Positions 54,301 through 58,035 of a stretch of 64,000 nt of DNA are shown here, one piece after another; within the stretch, counting starts at the first letter, position 1; every line of letters begins with the position of its first letter. Origin of the DNA: an uncultured bacterium (lineage in GTDB: Bacteria > Omnitrophota > Gorgyraeia > Ghiorseimicrobiales > Ghiorseimicrobiaceae); the NCBI GenBank assembly GCA_913009335.1, contig CAJVXN010000001.1:71709-135708 (forward strand). Direction: 5' to 3'. The position numbers and the translations under genes are program-made. The notes beneath the pieces are model-generated. The model did not search any database. It was not told the origin of the DNA and was given only the letters and a program-made list of their open reading frames with translations.

Positions 54301-55716
54301 ATCTTTCGGAACTACCCATCCATAAACTCCGTCATTAGGCGTGGTTGCGACAATCGTATAATTATAGTTAGTCCCGCCGTCATTGGATAACAATATCTCC
54401 ACATTGGCTATCTGGTCAGGAGCATACCAGGTAATGTCTTCGGTGTCATCGCACTGCCATAGCTCGCCGCCATTAGGTGTAAAAACCTGCAGCGGCTCCA
54501 GTTCTATAACAAAGAAATCGCAGACACCCTGCTGGCCGGCCTCCATCCTTTGGAACGCAACCTGGGTGCCTAAATTAACGACAATATTGGAATGTCTAAT
54601 TCTATAATAGGCGTGCCCGCAACCGGTACTATCTTGGGTAGAAGCGCTAAAGGAAAGATCCATATCAACGGCTTGCCCCAAATCTTGTATAACCTGAGTG
54701 GTATCATTATAGGGCAATAAGACCTCGCCGGCTTCTGTCCGGCCAAGGGTACCTAATTCAACAACATACCAATAGGCATACCCCGACCCGGCACTAGTTC
54801 CCGAGGTGCGCCTGTTAAAACCTACCTGCGTATCGGAGGTGATTGCTCCTCTTTGTTCCGAGCACAAAGCTGACTCGTCAAGCCTTGTTCCGAAAAGCAT
54901 AAATGCCTTTGTGCGGTCAACAGGATTAGGCAAGTCAGATACCGCTAAAAAGGAATCTAGCTCCATATAAGACTCACCCTCATAAACCGTAGAATCGTCC
55001 TTTAACTCCACGACAAACGTCCAGACATCGGCGGTAAGATTACCACCTTCGCCAAGATAACGCCTTAATCGTACCTGGTCAGGGGTGCCATGTTGGATTT
55101 GTGTGGCAAAATAAGTCGTGTTCATACGTTCACCCCAATCCGAGGCCTGATGTTGGACGTTAGTCACCCGGGAGATAGCAAATGACTTACCCGGGGTATA
55201 ATCAACGGCAAGGGCCGCCCCGCCCGCAAACTTGTCAGTCTCAGTCGCGGCAAAGCTGGTTTCCCGATACTCGACTTCAAAAGCGTCGGATTCAATGACA
55301 TACCAGCTAATGACACAATCATAACTTGTACTACCAAATGATCTCTCGAAGGTTATATAAGTAGCTAAACCAGTAGGCGTAGGAGTTCCAACAGCGTCAG
55401 TGAATCTAGCTGCCCAGCCATGCGCGGAAGGGTATATCGCGGTATAGGTGGCGACTTCATTTCTAAATTGGAATAGGATAATGGACTTGCTTGTATCTAC
55501 ATCATCAATGTCAACGGTATAAGTGGTGCCTGAGAGTACCGACGATTCACCCGACTGCACTTTTGTCCGGGCAAAAGCAGGCGTAGCGGTAAGGTTAAGG
55601 AGAAGCCCTAAACATATAAATGAAAACAAAGAGATTATAAGAATTCTCTTTGTGAAGGCGCCTCTTCCTCCCGGCTTCAAATCCATGCTTATTTTAGACA
55701 AATCAATCGTACCCAT
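30301..55716 (-). CDS. Giant secreted acidic Ig-like repeat protein (8471 aa), probable surface adhesin or filament
   Basis: Uninterrupted 25.4-kb ORF with AGGTGAGG RBS and a signal peptide ending PAFA. Dozens of ~100-aa repeats P(N)GGE.W..G....I.W...V.IEYS.D.G..Y.W.IP...KV.D...D.SD..F.I; helical coiled-coil C-terminus. Confidence 0.93.
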   Translation of the reverse strand: MGTIDLSKISMDLKPGGRGAFTKRILIISLFSFICLGLLLNLTATPAFARTKVQSGESSVLSGTTYTVDIDDVDTSKSIILFQFRNEVATYTAIYPSAHGWAARFTDAVGTPTPTGLATYITFERSFGSTSYDCVISWYVIESDAFEVEYRETSFAATETDKFAGGAALAVDYTPGKSFAISRVTNVQHQASDWGERMNTTYFATQIQHGTPDQVRLRRYLGEGGNLTADVWTFVVELKDDSTVYEGESYMELDSFLAVSDLPNPVDRTKAFMLFGTRLDESALCSEQRGAITSDTQVGFNRRTSGTSAGSGYAYWYVVELGTLGRTEAGEVLLPYNDTTQVIQDLGQAVDMDLSFSASTQDSTGCGHAYYRIRHSNIVVNLGTQVAFQRMEAGQQGVCDFFVIELEPLQVFTPNGGELWQCDDTEDITWYAPDQIANVEILLSNDGGTNYNYTIVATTPNDGVYGWVVPKDNETTTDMIGILTDTLKVKVRDVNWNEFGRTDDTYSSDESDTNFEIIAKVQLDQPDGGEEWFYGDSYDINWTIYGDAADIGNIVIKRDESSGSGGYLTTLATVSASPTTWQWNPVDGNIGVTHKVKIEQQGEETRVYDESAANFRIKGDVTLGSLTTPWLVGTNPSIPWTHKLPNPSTQNLEIHLSRNDGATYDDLLAIVAADTSPYTGWSVVPPLVSAQAKIRIRWATDPAVASESATGFNIDGSITVTAPIVSDTWKIGESKNITWNYVGTLGTVDIFLSTNNGGTWSEIFSNLPVVNQLQAWIVAGNPTSQGLIKIQTDSYAPNEIAGESGANFTIVSVITITRPVTAGVVWRVGASENIQWTIDGALASNKVKIYYKKGTGGIWNEITQPTGWTADIGDGTGSFPWTVPNDIYDEVYIKVEDFDDAAIYHESLSIKIKGAVTVNKPVGAEVVKVSDVAETYNIQWGLTGNVTGMVDIKLSLDGGTSYPTTLTEGVVDITTGNWDWTVLDTHIGNDCMIKVAVDNDESLTTGTAGESASFFVKPQVKLTYPNETGLIKSIGDIVTVTWNAIPDTFGTVMLKYSTNGAAGPYDGTINTLPINSDLETYDWTILDVPGMVGQNTRVQVYKTDDITDVHSESDFDFVVKGTVALTGEANGVGSPVWESNIAESITWNKVGDLGTVKIEFSKDSTPNYAYTIATGLDDDDLSYSWDMPTGLFTTLDFERTEYARIKISSETDGSISDETDTPFVVQSRFSLTQPIGGETLEVEQAGGYDITWSTYGKIPQVKLAYDVNSGGDLYDRNIAAGAAISNVDLYNWTVPNSIGDKVRVKLMSYNYQSFIAVTSPADFKIKGRVEIVAPDATIIGANAWRVDNVASGLTSEESIIWNNYGDLGSGTDQVTIKYAADGSTFDTTLTTTADGTNGLNRNYLWTIPDNIGTTNKIAIEDISHANSALHIFQESQAFEIKGQVKLTAPVGGETYYIGGSPIDITWVYAGSLGNVNLHFSDTDGASWDPAFDTIAVGYTQPYQWTVPDNPTIDAKIKIEQASDNSVSTEEFLVSKFRIRGSVFIGSNPNASTVWTVTANNNIIDWSITGSIATVAIDLDTISGTGGYSELIVSSVSGSAGTYTWTIPLAEYVDVTTDNARIRIRDTTDASVNDESIADFKIKPVINLTAPDGGEHWAIESTPNITWEYWGDVPQIKIEYSLDGGNIWEDPPISSGYDASALQFPWTIPNKANNDTIVRISKVGDPDVPSYSSDQSQAWFEIMGVLELTQPNGGINIDYGTPYDIKWIPTGTITNVKIEYSTDAAHAIWNTVAGAASLAPGASGVENSHSWTVPDESSATVKVKIFEISNAAYVTDESATDNAIIGHITIVYPMNADEMIAETSYTIEWSYDATSIPGFDIDYHDGTSWNPVTTSSLSQGTTTYNWTVDDNIGNTVKVRVKDKDNANVYGESTADNIIKGSVDLTDPDGYETLIVGGPFDITWTKTGSIGNLLIEYSNDDFSFDFNTISASYAADSLVYPWDPIDDFIDNNVKVRVTSIGGIPVTDQSQNPFSIKGSFTNMSPNGGQIWYVGDTDKVVTWTANGSIASVDIRYKTSLAGAYDNVIVLNDTGHVDGSNQYAWTTGVTDENSEDCYIKISDNADSDVFIESAVAFSIRPVITVSEPLVDSNTVVGSSYVDGIVWSLNGSVKVTEADVLFSTTGIGGPFDKTIATGVDATLGKVDWNNVGDYLSGDVVVKVLDKSGGTGNPNVYGLSSSFDIIGSITMTDGVHTPDSSSNWQAATTDKYITWTHTGSLGNVNIRYKYDGGAYSAPINPAPIAVETHSYNWPAIPSTISENVQVKVESENNPGEEYAESLPFKIKGGFTINTPAAPLKSGTSYDITWDNLGLQTEIPTAKLEFYDGSVWHNIDYKSTDTGLVTNSGTYAWSVPVDVRNSGCVFKISDPDNADAVDTTGTFYLLPDIAVTAPLSTVKWLIGTQTGNLIDWNHTGLDFTVKIEYSKDDGSDGYAYLVDTGVGVLASAGTFEWNIPTDQDILSTSQAKIKVSDAGFPSLYDTSESFMLKAAVTVTKPDTDDSLPVLDIFNIQWTTTCTGAADMGNVQIEFRPKDTESYTTVATVAFNSSPYTLWSPPADSIRGSIKEADIKITDVDNTEVTDTSDKFNIKGKIQIDSPNVGAQTWFVGDTTREIKWTPTGVYSNTEIHYAKDTPDANPANFLSPVLIATEANSGSGVQVTYVWPQIPNSAMGNDIRVRVRDAADTNVYSISQDAITIGGKITINEPQAGRIWKKDEVKDISWTSDGDVTNVNIQYKTTALGSWNDIETNYTGGGTYGEGSNSYPWTVVDVNSEDCYIRVADYNNSTIVYGDSLQFSIRPVITVTTPALDVNLEVDSLGNTISWNLNGSTKVSNVKLYYSYDGGPFTNVIDESGTVDATLDYTWNNIPDTISDNVVVRVIDNDNANVYGDSASFDIIGKIIISAPSSGVNWRAGQVKTIDWGTSKGTMGLVRLFYWFNSQYNLIDTGGDINSDVTTTFGWTVPANLITGSTIKILDVDTEGTVDEVTAISASFNIIGNIVVDTPSAITVWKKDETNKLIEWTSTGAVTNVKIEYKTSAGGSYAGNTIVADDPGHTAGANSYTWALAVPDINSEDCYVRVSDVNYYDDVFGESAQFSIRPLITVSIPALDDNLVVGSDNNSIIWSLNGSAQVTTVDIHYQINAGGYGVNVVKTAVSAIAEASDWDNVPDSIDGNVQIRVMDVDNNNVYAESASFDIIGSVTVQQPNSSANWEVGTTDKNITWIYTGSIGTVNIYYDYGTGYGAPIASVPVSDQSYSWNPIPDNVSETVKVKIADADNETEVVDESEVFSIRGGFTITFPSAPTTLISGTGYDITWNRTGTDISNVILEFSDDNGAGWSDIDNNAPNTGTYAWTAPVNVASTNCLIKVTDPDNPSATDTIASNFEVRAKITLSDPIASDEWVVGTSENIAWTVTGVVSNVKIEYSKDGGTGYPLTAVASYDASLSPYPWAIPVTDVSLEDLRTPDQAKIKVSDASYSVVYDTSPNFMVKGGIAVSAPVTSDILHVSDPFNITWITTGFYDVGSNVVIGYSITGGAPFTNIDTVAFDYGSGSYPWTPPIDSITTDLKNAVIEIKDADNPTKVRDESDLFEIEGKIQIDAPDTSGLMWTVNSSRDIKWTPTGTYGPIEIQYSKDNFASDFQPVNTVTNSASGVQGTYSWTIPNDISDTVKVRVRDDNDDDVNDVSGFDVKIVGGLDLTVPESGEVWKKGETKDITWTATGDVTNISIEYKTSAAGGYTTIIADDSGHLAGGNSYSWTSVADENSEDCYIKISDVAHPVDVQSVSAAAFSIRPVITVTTPALDDNLIVSSSGNAINWTIDSSIKVNPVDVHYSVDGGAYTGNTIAIGVTASDLTTNWDNVPDAVSDNVKVRVMDSVNNNVFGESASFDIIGSVTVQQPNSSANWEVGTTDKNITWIYTGSIGTVNIYYDYGLGYGAPIASVPVTDQAYSWNPIPDNVSETVKVKITDADNETEVVDESDVFKIRGGFILVQPPAVLISGDPYTITWTPNGVDIATALLQFSSDNGQNWNPIDGGTGLVSNTGTYGWTIPSDVVSSTCLLKITDPDNSAATDTISSTFEVRAKIVVNAPIGTDEWNVNSAYDVKWTVTGLVTDVKIEYSKTGGAPYTETLVASRDASLSPYSWTILPTQDVISSQGMIKISDTSYATVYDESPEFSIIGDVQVTAPVGTDVLRVGDTFDIEWTSVGAGNIIIGYSTTGGAPFTNIDTVPYDYNNRAYPWTPPIDAITANQKLAVIEMKYENNPLKVRDESDLFEIEGKIQIDAPDTGGLMWTVNSSQDIKWTPTGTYAKVEIQYSKDNFAADFQPVNTVTNSASGVQGTYSWTIPNDISDTIRVRVRDDDDDDVNEVSGFDIKIVGSLDLTVPESGEVWKKGETKDIIWTATGDVTNISIEYKTSAAGGYTTIIADDSGHLAGGNSYSWTSVADENSEDCYIKISDVAHPVDVQSVSAAAFSIRPVITVTTPALDDNLIVSSSGNAINWTIDSSIKVNPVDVHYSVDGGAYTGNTIAIGVTASDLTTNWDNVPDAVSDNVKVRVMDSVNNNVFGESASFDIIGSVTVQQPNSSANWEVGTTDKNITWIYTGSIGTVNIYYDYGLGYGAPIASVPVTDQAYSWNPIPDNVSETVKVKITDADNETEVVDESEVFTIRGGFTITFPNLSTDVLISGTGYDITWNRTGTDIPTVLIEFSSDNKQNWSTIDAAASNTGTYGWTAPSNVASQACFIRISDPDNASAADDSDQNFEVRAKIDVTGPIVTDEWAVGAAYDITWTVTGIVTNVKIEYSKDGGTNYTEELVASRPYDQSPYSWTVPSDKDILSTQGVIRVADASYAAANGESPEFSVIGFITVNAPVTSDILHVGDAFDIQWNAIGYGMGNVTIGYSITGGAPFTNIDTVPYDFGVPAGTYSWTPPDSAITSDLKNAVIEVKADYYPTGVRDESDLFEIEGKIQIDAPDTSGLMWTVNTPHDIKWTPTGTYTPVEIQYSKDNFAADFQPVATVTNSASGVQGTYSWTIPNDISDTVKVRVRDDNDDDVNDVSGFDVKVVGSLDVSVPESGEVWKYNESKNITWSAVGDVSNVKIEYKTSAAGAYNVIVTDDPGHVQGGNSYAWTVADENSEDCYIKISDVVHPADVYSESAASFSMRPVITVTTPALDSNIEVASNGNAIVWSLNGSAKVSYVNLYYSVDGGPFTNVIDETGSVDATAGAFTWNSIPDTISDNAVVRVIDTTNSNVYGASASFDIIGKIRVTTPAIGENWGVGELRTITWDPDGTLGNVKIYYYHDGAYEWIATVPHAPSSYDWTVAAQIEENTTIKIVDEDTEATVDEVAGVSAAYNIIGNFSLDAVPATLSAGSSYSITWDPLGLQGEIPTAKLEFFDGLIWHNIDYKTTDNGLVTNSGSYSWSVPTDVKSIACQFRITDPDNASAIDTSNSFEVRAVISVTSPVSSDKWVIGTSGNIISWNITGVVDTVKIEYSKDGGLSYPGAFVVEPSLPAASTPYDWTIPTNLDILTADQAKIKVSDSTLAVAYDESADFMMKSGITVTKPDTNNILKVLDAFNIEWTTLGLADMGNVDIEFSKIGSAPWTIVATVAFDSSPYTLWFPGIGDITTNSKAAVIKITDVDNTEVTDNSDAFEIEGKIQLDSPDIDAPTWYVGDPQQIKWTPTGTFSYVKIEYSTNGFADELEITVEAASYSNSASGVQGTYDWTIPDEIGGSLKVRISDVNDSDVVDVSSVPFVIKGSLTLNEPNGGDTWYVADTNKKIRWQATGSVTTVRIEYSKNNGGAWTEIIADAFAGPGAGEYTWPSVADAISELCLIRVSDTNDATVNDESDGVFSIKGKIQVIAPDGTERWIAQSSGHNITWNLTGSIQDVKITYSVDAGAFDNVIAASVTGSDESYTWNNIPNHVSDTYLIRVADLNDETNVYGTSPAFSIVGDITVTEPSGGEQLPVGSDFKVEWTKVGDFANVRIEYSLNGGTDFNDQIVSSTATDNLFYWWMSIADNAVSPNVVVRVTDDSDIQVYDDSLAFKVQAIFDIISPDGGVVWAVGSSHDIIWTTSGDVTNVKLEYSTDGGNNWVIPNGDVISASIVNTGSKSWTIPDAISDLVRVRVSDVNDSDASNMSASNFKIRGDLQVTSPNSGAESWLIGASEPITWTVTGSVATVKLEYSVDGQAYVQIPGADNLTADTGGGGGSFDWTIPNDASSLVKVKITNKDDSTVYDESDNDFTITGQLTLSAPVGSEVWYVQDQETISWTKTGTIPTVKLEYSVGGAAYQPVQDADNLSGLTYDWIIPDDIDNQVKVRVSNTDITEPTIVGVSGLFSIKGKLQITNPASGVVWDVAQQKDITWITTGSIATVRLEYDYGSGLNPITASVNASNQIYQWTIPNTIGDNVTVKITDNLDNTVTHTSNVFKIAADINLLSPMGTEVWIVDNSEPITWEKFGDIVNVVLKYDTNEGLNGYPNTIATRPAVDGSYSWPVPDVIGDKLRVRIEDANASSSTQPDESPANFEIQGSITITSPALNDIWLCETQHDIAYTIHGSIANVSIEYSTDAGVTYPYAPIAGSVAVGPGDYTQTWTIPLDTSIQTVIKIINLADANVYDESNEFSMRGGFTFVHPVSTDRWLANSTNMISWNTLGAISSVYVEYSLNNGGVWGYVNDGSAISNATENYNWTIPNVISQQALVRVTDTADPDATTTSDNFNIHGALTVAQPNGQDKLKVGQSDESSKVKWTMIGPLSGVDIALSTNGSGGTYTTFATNQQASLLEYAWSVPMSTLSNNCFIRIRDTQDSLVEDFSDLAFKIMENFNVTVPNGTEQWVVSDVETITWTSQGLASSVNLKYATVAPYDTWTPIVTDEINDGNYDWTIPPTISATCRVRVSDYNDDTDSFDMSDNDFKIQGRITLNIPNGGEKWGCADNKYIDWDWDGNITNVDIHYYNGSIWVAIAAAQGITNIGEYEWNIPSIATDQALIRVRSTADLANVYDISANPFKIMSRIVIQNPNGAEVWYSGSSGTINWAKYGPASFGSVKIDYSVNDPTFTNPIPITTSTASDEAFDWLNIPPEAVSGNVRIRVAHPSDSDVYDISDGDFRVRATLILTAPNGGQKITVDDPYTISWSELGDTQGVKIYCYKQTQPAIKYTIATAAPVGGTYAWTIPDFIHSDLIMRVEDPNDTDAFDISDSTFKIMPGFTVSSPDASSKWYVNDPATISWTYTGTVVDVGIYYSTVGGIAGTWNALTSVSASDLSWTWLSVPDEITAQLKVKVAAANDADAYGESAGMAKIRAKFTLTAPTGGEELVVGDTFQIAWDTVGTVSNVDLHYSLDDFTTPKDIQLGWANGAAGGTYDWTIPDDISQIVKVRVKSSTDDDAYSISNDLRIKGNLWINAPVLDDSWDIEQDYDIEWGWVGTIPEVEITYSINGTGGPFNLILESYNIADDGIVANGSGSGGAGSNYTYTWTVPDQATADAIIKVVDARPTESDVVAQSDSFHIIGYIIVNGIKEQGSGQLVTELAVDSVYDIAWEWGGTMSEVKITYSTNGDTGPFNPIVESYDIANDGIVQNGAGSGGSGSEYTYAWTIPDTISPDCKIRITDPGDATVFGESGTFKIQGAFTLIAPAVTLNSSGIYESRWVTNEVREVSWTTFGTINTVDLVYSKDDFVTEIALKDDLDQDATGIANTGTFDWKIPDDRSTTVKIRIYDSNDHTVYVEGPVVAGGVDTMKIDYYKIIWDIRDLVTNQPISGLTVSDTSGWDAAGLASPVSHEVPAGFWSATWTHQDFGTITESYLVGWDEDAQIWRGDRTIYRTMETLVVHIWRAYSEFAYNVEVWNDNGTPADPDDDYVETPDKLDITTWLERDGALVSGALIIDVSIYDSIYKIKRKTTLVDEANNKHLYYDDVDAGVKLWVGDRSGEVRTMDDVINDCAAYKTGEMDIPSDFAGFFQQSWTPTPYTAGADSYLTLQSGKVYAVTSYMGLATGATFTTPVSFTVTIPMKMADMETTVDSMISTVNTALDKPISEVSTELQATLTAQTAVIDQKMTDQTDMIQTSMGNMETMIDVAMTSFETSVSASLILLEDSAVTAEEAAGLLEETALKYSWGASASPDPALTNDTITITCQGQPGYSPALTIYDADSKTVFSDVVMSESEPGIYTYEFKADDAFEAGKSYSFVITESVTGGLVYGSGLVAKYEWTTAAFPDPVLLGDTIIIQCMGLPKVVPLLTIYDWEGNIIEDSLVMVESSTRAGFYEYSLKADSRFTGGKAYTYNIIEEESSTLLTGAGMVESMSITTVAGLAASAPRAAAAAKKALEAIKAIESVLISGESINIALTLKNLKASVDSLPDAMAKEGPSATITRAINDISDRMRTLAGDEGYDLSTILEEAIEESPTLRRIREKADSINSSVDVMGQIMETKMGGLEDPVVIFE
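41606..44358. repeat. Intragenic direct repeat: 41606-42315 vs 43649-44358 (offset 2043 bp = 681 codons)
   Basis: About 710 bp appear identical by eye. The shadow ORFs 41813-42043 and 43856-44086 are identical. Confidence 0.9.
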
Positions 55717-55729
55717 TTACCTCACCTGA

Positions 55730-56185
55730 TTAATACTCTTGCTCAAGGATAACTTTTCCATATTTATCATACTGTTTTGCTTTCGCTAAGAGATTATTTT
55801 TATAGGCCTTCTGAGACAATAGCTGTCCGTTTTCATAATATTCTTTGACAACGACAATACCTTGCTTTTGGTCTCTATAGTCCCACTCTCTCATCAAAGC
55901 TCCGCTGATGTAGTATTCATTGATAATACCGGTCAGCTCGTTGTTTTTAAAGCGTCCTTCATAATTTAAGTTGCCATCGGGGCAGCATTCTTCGGCAATG
56001 CCATCCAGTTTTTCATTCCCATAGGACTTTTCCCACATTAATTGTCCATCTTCATAATAGTCCTTAAAAATAATATGATTTTTATCGTCTTTTACCGGCT
56101 CTTGCCCATAAACCAGGCTGCAAGAAATCATAACCGGCATAAGTATTAGTAATACTGCTTTTTTAAATAAACTAACCATTCCCAT
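55730..56185 (-). CDS. Exported MORN-variant repeat protein (YwqK-like)
   Basis: Signal peptide and repeats of (K/E)YY(E/I)xGxL...YxNxxLxG. Confidence 0.8.
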   Translation of the reverse strand: MGMVSLFKKAVLLILMPVMISCSLVYGQEPVKDDKNHIIFKDYYEDGQLMWEKSYGNEKLDGIAEECCPDGNLNYEGRFKNNELTGIINEYYISGALMREWDYRDQKQGIVVVKEYYENGQLLSQKAYKNNLLAKAKQYDKYGKVILEQEY

Positions 56186-56186
56186 T

Positions 56187-56639
56187 TTATTTCTTTCTGA
56201 TTATTTCTTTAGCATATAAAACCTCGGGTAATGCTAAATACGTATTAAGCAACGCGGCCATATCAATTGATACGTCGAGTTCAAACTGAATGATGAAAAT
56301 ATCCTTGACCTGGACTACATCGTTCCCTAGCGCAATTTCTTCTTTTCTTGTTTTGTTGGTAAACACCTGATTTACTTCTGCCGTATTTCCTATTGTGGCC
56401 AAGGCATAAACTTTTTCAATTTTTTCCGCGTTATACTGAGAATTAAGATTCCTTAAATCGGTTGACCTTACCCTGACAGCAGAAAGAGGAACTACAGAAA
56501 CTTCGTTTTCCGGCAAGGCAATAGTCCGAGACTCAACCTCAATCATAATTTCTTTATGCGCTGTTTCTCCCTGAGCGTAACAAATTCCCGCGCCAATAAT
56601 CAAACCGCCTACCAAAATGATTATCATTACCTTATTCAT
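56187..56639 (-). CDS. Exported protein resembling a stand-alone subtilase propeptide domain
   Basis: Signal peptide; LNSQYNAEKIEKVY and IFIIQF...YLALPEVLYA resemble S8 prodomains. Confidence 0.55.
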   Translation of the reverse strand: MNKVMIIILVGGLIIGAGICYAQGETAHKEIMIEVESRTIALPENEVSVVPLSAVRVRSTDLRNLNSQYNAEKIEKVYALATIGNTAEVNQVFTNKTRKEEIALGNDVVQVKDIFIIQFELDVSIDMAALLNTYLALPEVLYAKEIIRKK

Positions 56640-56641
56640 TA

Positions 56642-57910
56642 TTATCCTCTCTTTTTTCTTTGCCCCTTAGAGACAAATGAAAAATCCCTGACTCTCCCGT
56701 CAGGGTAACGCCTGCTTAAAACACCGCTCATCTTTTCTCCGTCCCATTCTCCGCGCCAGCTGACAGTCGAACCTTTTGCATTACTTTGCATTGTTTCCCA
56801 AACGACTTTCCCGTTAGCATGTACATTTTTCGTATAATTTGTAGCTAAAAAACCTTCCTGTTTCATATTATTGGAGTTAAATCGGCCATCTTCAAATGAA
56901 AGCGTATCGATTTTAATAAAACGATTTTGTAATCCGCTCAATGATGTCAATTCTATTACCCAGGCATAGCCTTCAATTTCCCGCGCCTGCTTGGCGTCCT
57001 CTAATGCCTGTTCAGCCAATTTAATCTTCCATTCATATTGCTTAGTATCCATATTTGCTTTAAGGGCTTTGTCTCTTTCGATTCTAAGCATATCTATTGT
57101 TTTATCATAGAGAGCTAAAGTTTTTTGATATTCTGACCTAAATGCACTGCTCTGGCGATAAAAATAACCGGCAATAATAACTACAACAAGAATTGTGGCG
57201 CCGGCAATAAATATATATAACGGGCGTACTTTTTTTAATCGCTGTTGATTCCTCTGCTCTTGCACGTAATCCTGGATTAAAGCCTTTATGTGTTCTGTAA
57301 ATTCTTGTGAACCTAAAATATTTTTCCGATGTAACTTCTTTTTAAAATCATTTAACTCTTTCTGATCAACATTTTCAGTATAGCCTATGAATTCTTCCTC
57401 CCGGCCGCCTAACGCACGAAAGACTTCTTCGATTTCTTCTTTCATATCCGGATGCCCTCTATGTGCCGGATCAACAAATCGCGAATAACTAGAATGCGGA
57501 TAATCCTTAGGATTATCGCATATTTTTGCCCTTATTGGATTTAAGTGCAGATGGCGCAAAAAAGGCAATATATAGTCTTTTTTCTCCGCCAAAATCGCGT
57601 TAAATCTTGCCTGAAAAAGATGCCCTTTCTTATTATATCGGCTATTGAATGCTTTGGTATATAAAGAATTGATATCATGCATAATGCTGGAGATAGAAAT
57701 ATTATTTCTTAGCTCAATAAGCATATGAATGTGCGTAGGCATTAAACAATAAGAAAAAAGCTTAAATCCGTATTGTGTCTTATAATTATTAATTAGGGAC
57801 ACGTATTCATAGAAATCGGATGCATCCACAAACAAGTTTTGGGCATAACCACTGCGTGAAGTTACGTAATAAAGGATTTTTTCTACATAAACTCTTGGTA
57901 GTCTCGGCAT
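56642..57910 (-). CDS. Y1/HUH (RAYT, IS200-like) transposase domain fused to TM helix, coiled coil and extracytoplasmic beta domain; catalytic Tyr replaced by His
   Basis: MPRLPR, YCLMPTHIHML, FNSRY..KGHLFQARF, RHLHLNP, YPHSSY. TM at about aa 232-251. C-terminal WETMQ domain. Confidence 0.88.
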   Translation of the reverse strand: MPRLPRVYVEKILYYVTSRSGYAQNLFVDASDFYEYVSLINNYKTQYGFKLFSYCLMPTHIHMLIELRNNISISSIMHDINSLYTKAFNSRYNKKGHLFQARFNAILAEKKDYILPFLRHLHLNPIRAKICDNPKDYPHSSYSRFVDPAHRGHPDMKEEIEEVFRALGGREEEFIGYTENVDQKELNDFKKKLHRKNILGSQEFTEHIKALIQDYVQEQRNQQRLKKVRPLYIFIAGATILVVVIIAGYFYRQSSAFRSEYQKTLALYDKTIDMLRIERDKALKANMDTKQYEWKIKLAEQALEDAKQAREIEGYAWVIELTSLSGLQNRFIKIDTLSFEDGRFNSNNMKQEGFLATNYTKNVHANGKVVWETMQSNAKGSTVSWRGEWDGEKMSGVLSRRYPDGRVRDFSFVSKGQRKKRG

Positions 57911-57930
57911 ATTGCCCTCTTGCTTCTATT

Positions 57931-57982
57931 TGCCAGGTACTACTCCTAAATCTTAAGTTTAGCTCAAAGTGCCTGGCACTTT
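57931..57982. repeat. REP-like inverted repeat / palindrome upstream of the HUH-domain gene
   Basis: TGCCAGGTACT (57931-41) pairs with AGTGCCTGGCA (57968-78). AAAGTGCC-T-GGCACTTT (57966-82) is itself a palindrome. Confidence 0.7.
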
Positions 57983-57992
57983 TATGATTTTC

Positions 57993-58022
57993 AAAAAAAA
58001 ATCCAGGCAAATCACCTGGATT
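57993..58022 (-). terminator. Intrinsic terminator (probable riboswitch expression platform)
   Basis: Minus strand AATCCAGG-TGATTTG-CCTGGATT running into a T9 tract, just 3' of the aptamer. Confidence 0.85.
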
Positions 58023-58035
58023 AATAATTCAATGT

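Noticed and set aside
30341-55729. Many + strand ORFs opposite the giant gene and other genes
   Set aside because: They are antisense shadows caused by codon bias, with no recognisable motifs; they duplicate only where the giant gene repeats.
55730-56185. Toxin-antitoxin module
   Set aside because: MORN-variant repeats alone do not imply an antitoxin; no toxin domain was recognised nearby or in the giant protein.
56642-57910. Active IS200/IS605 element
   Set aside because: Catalytic Tyr is absent, there is no tnpB, the protein has a TM fusion, and it is tightly coupled to the next gene.
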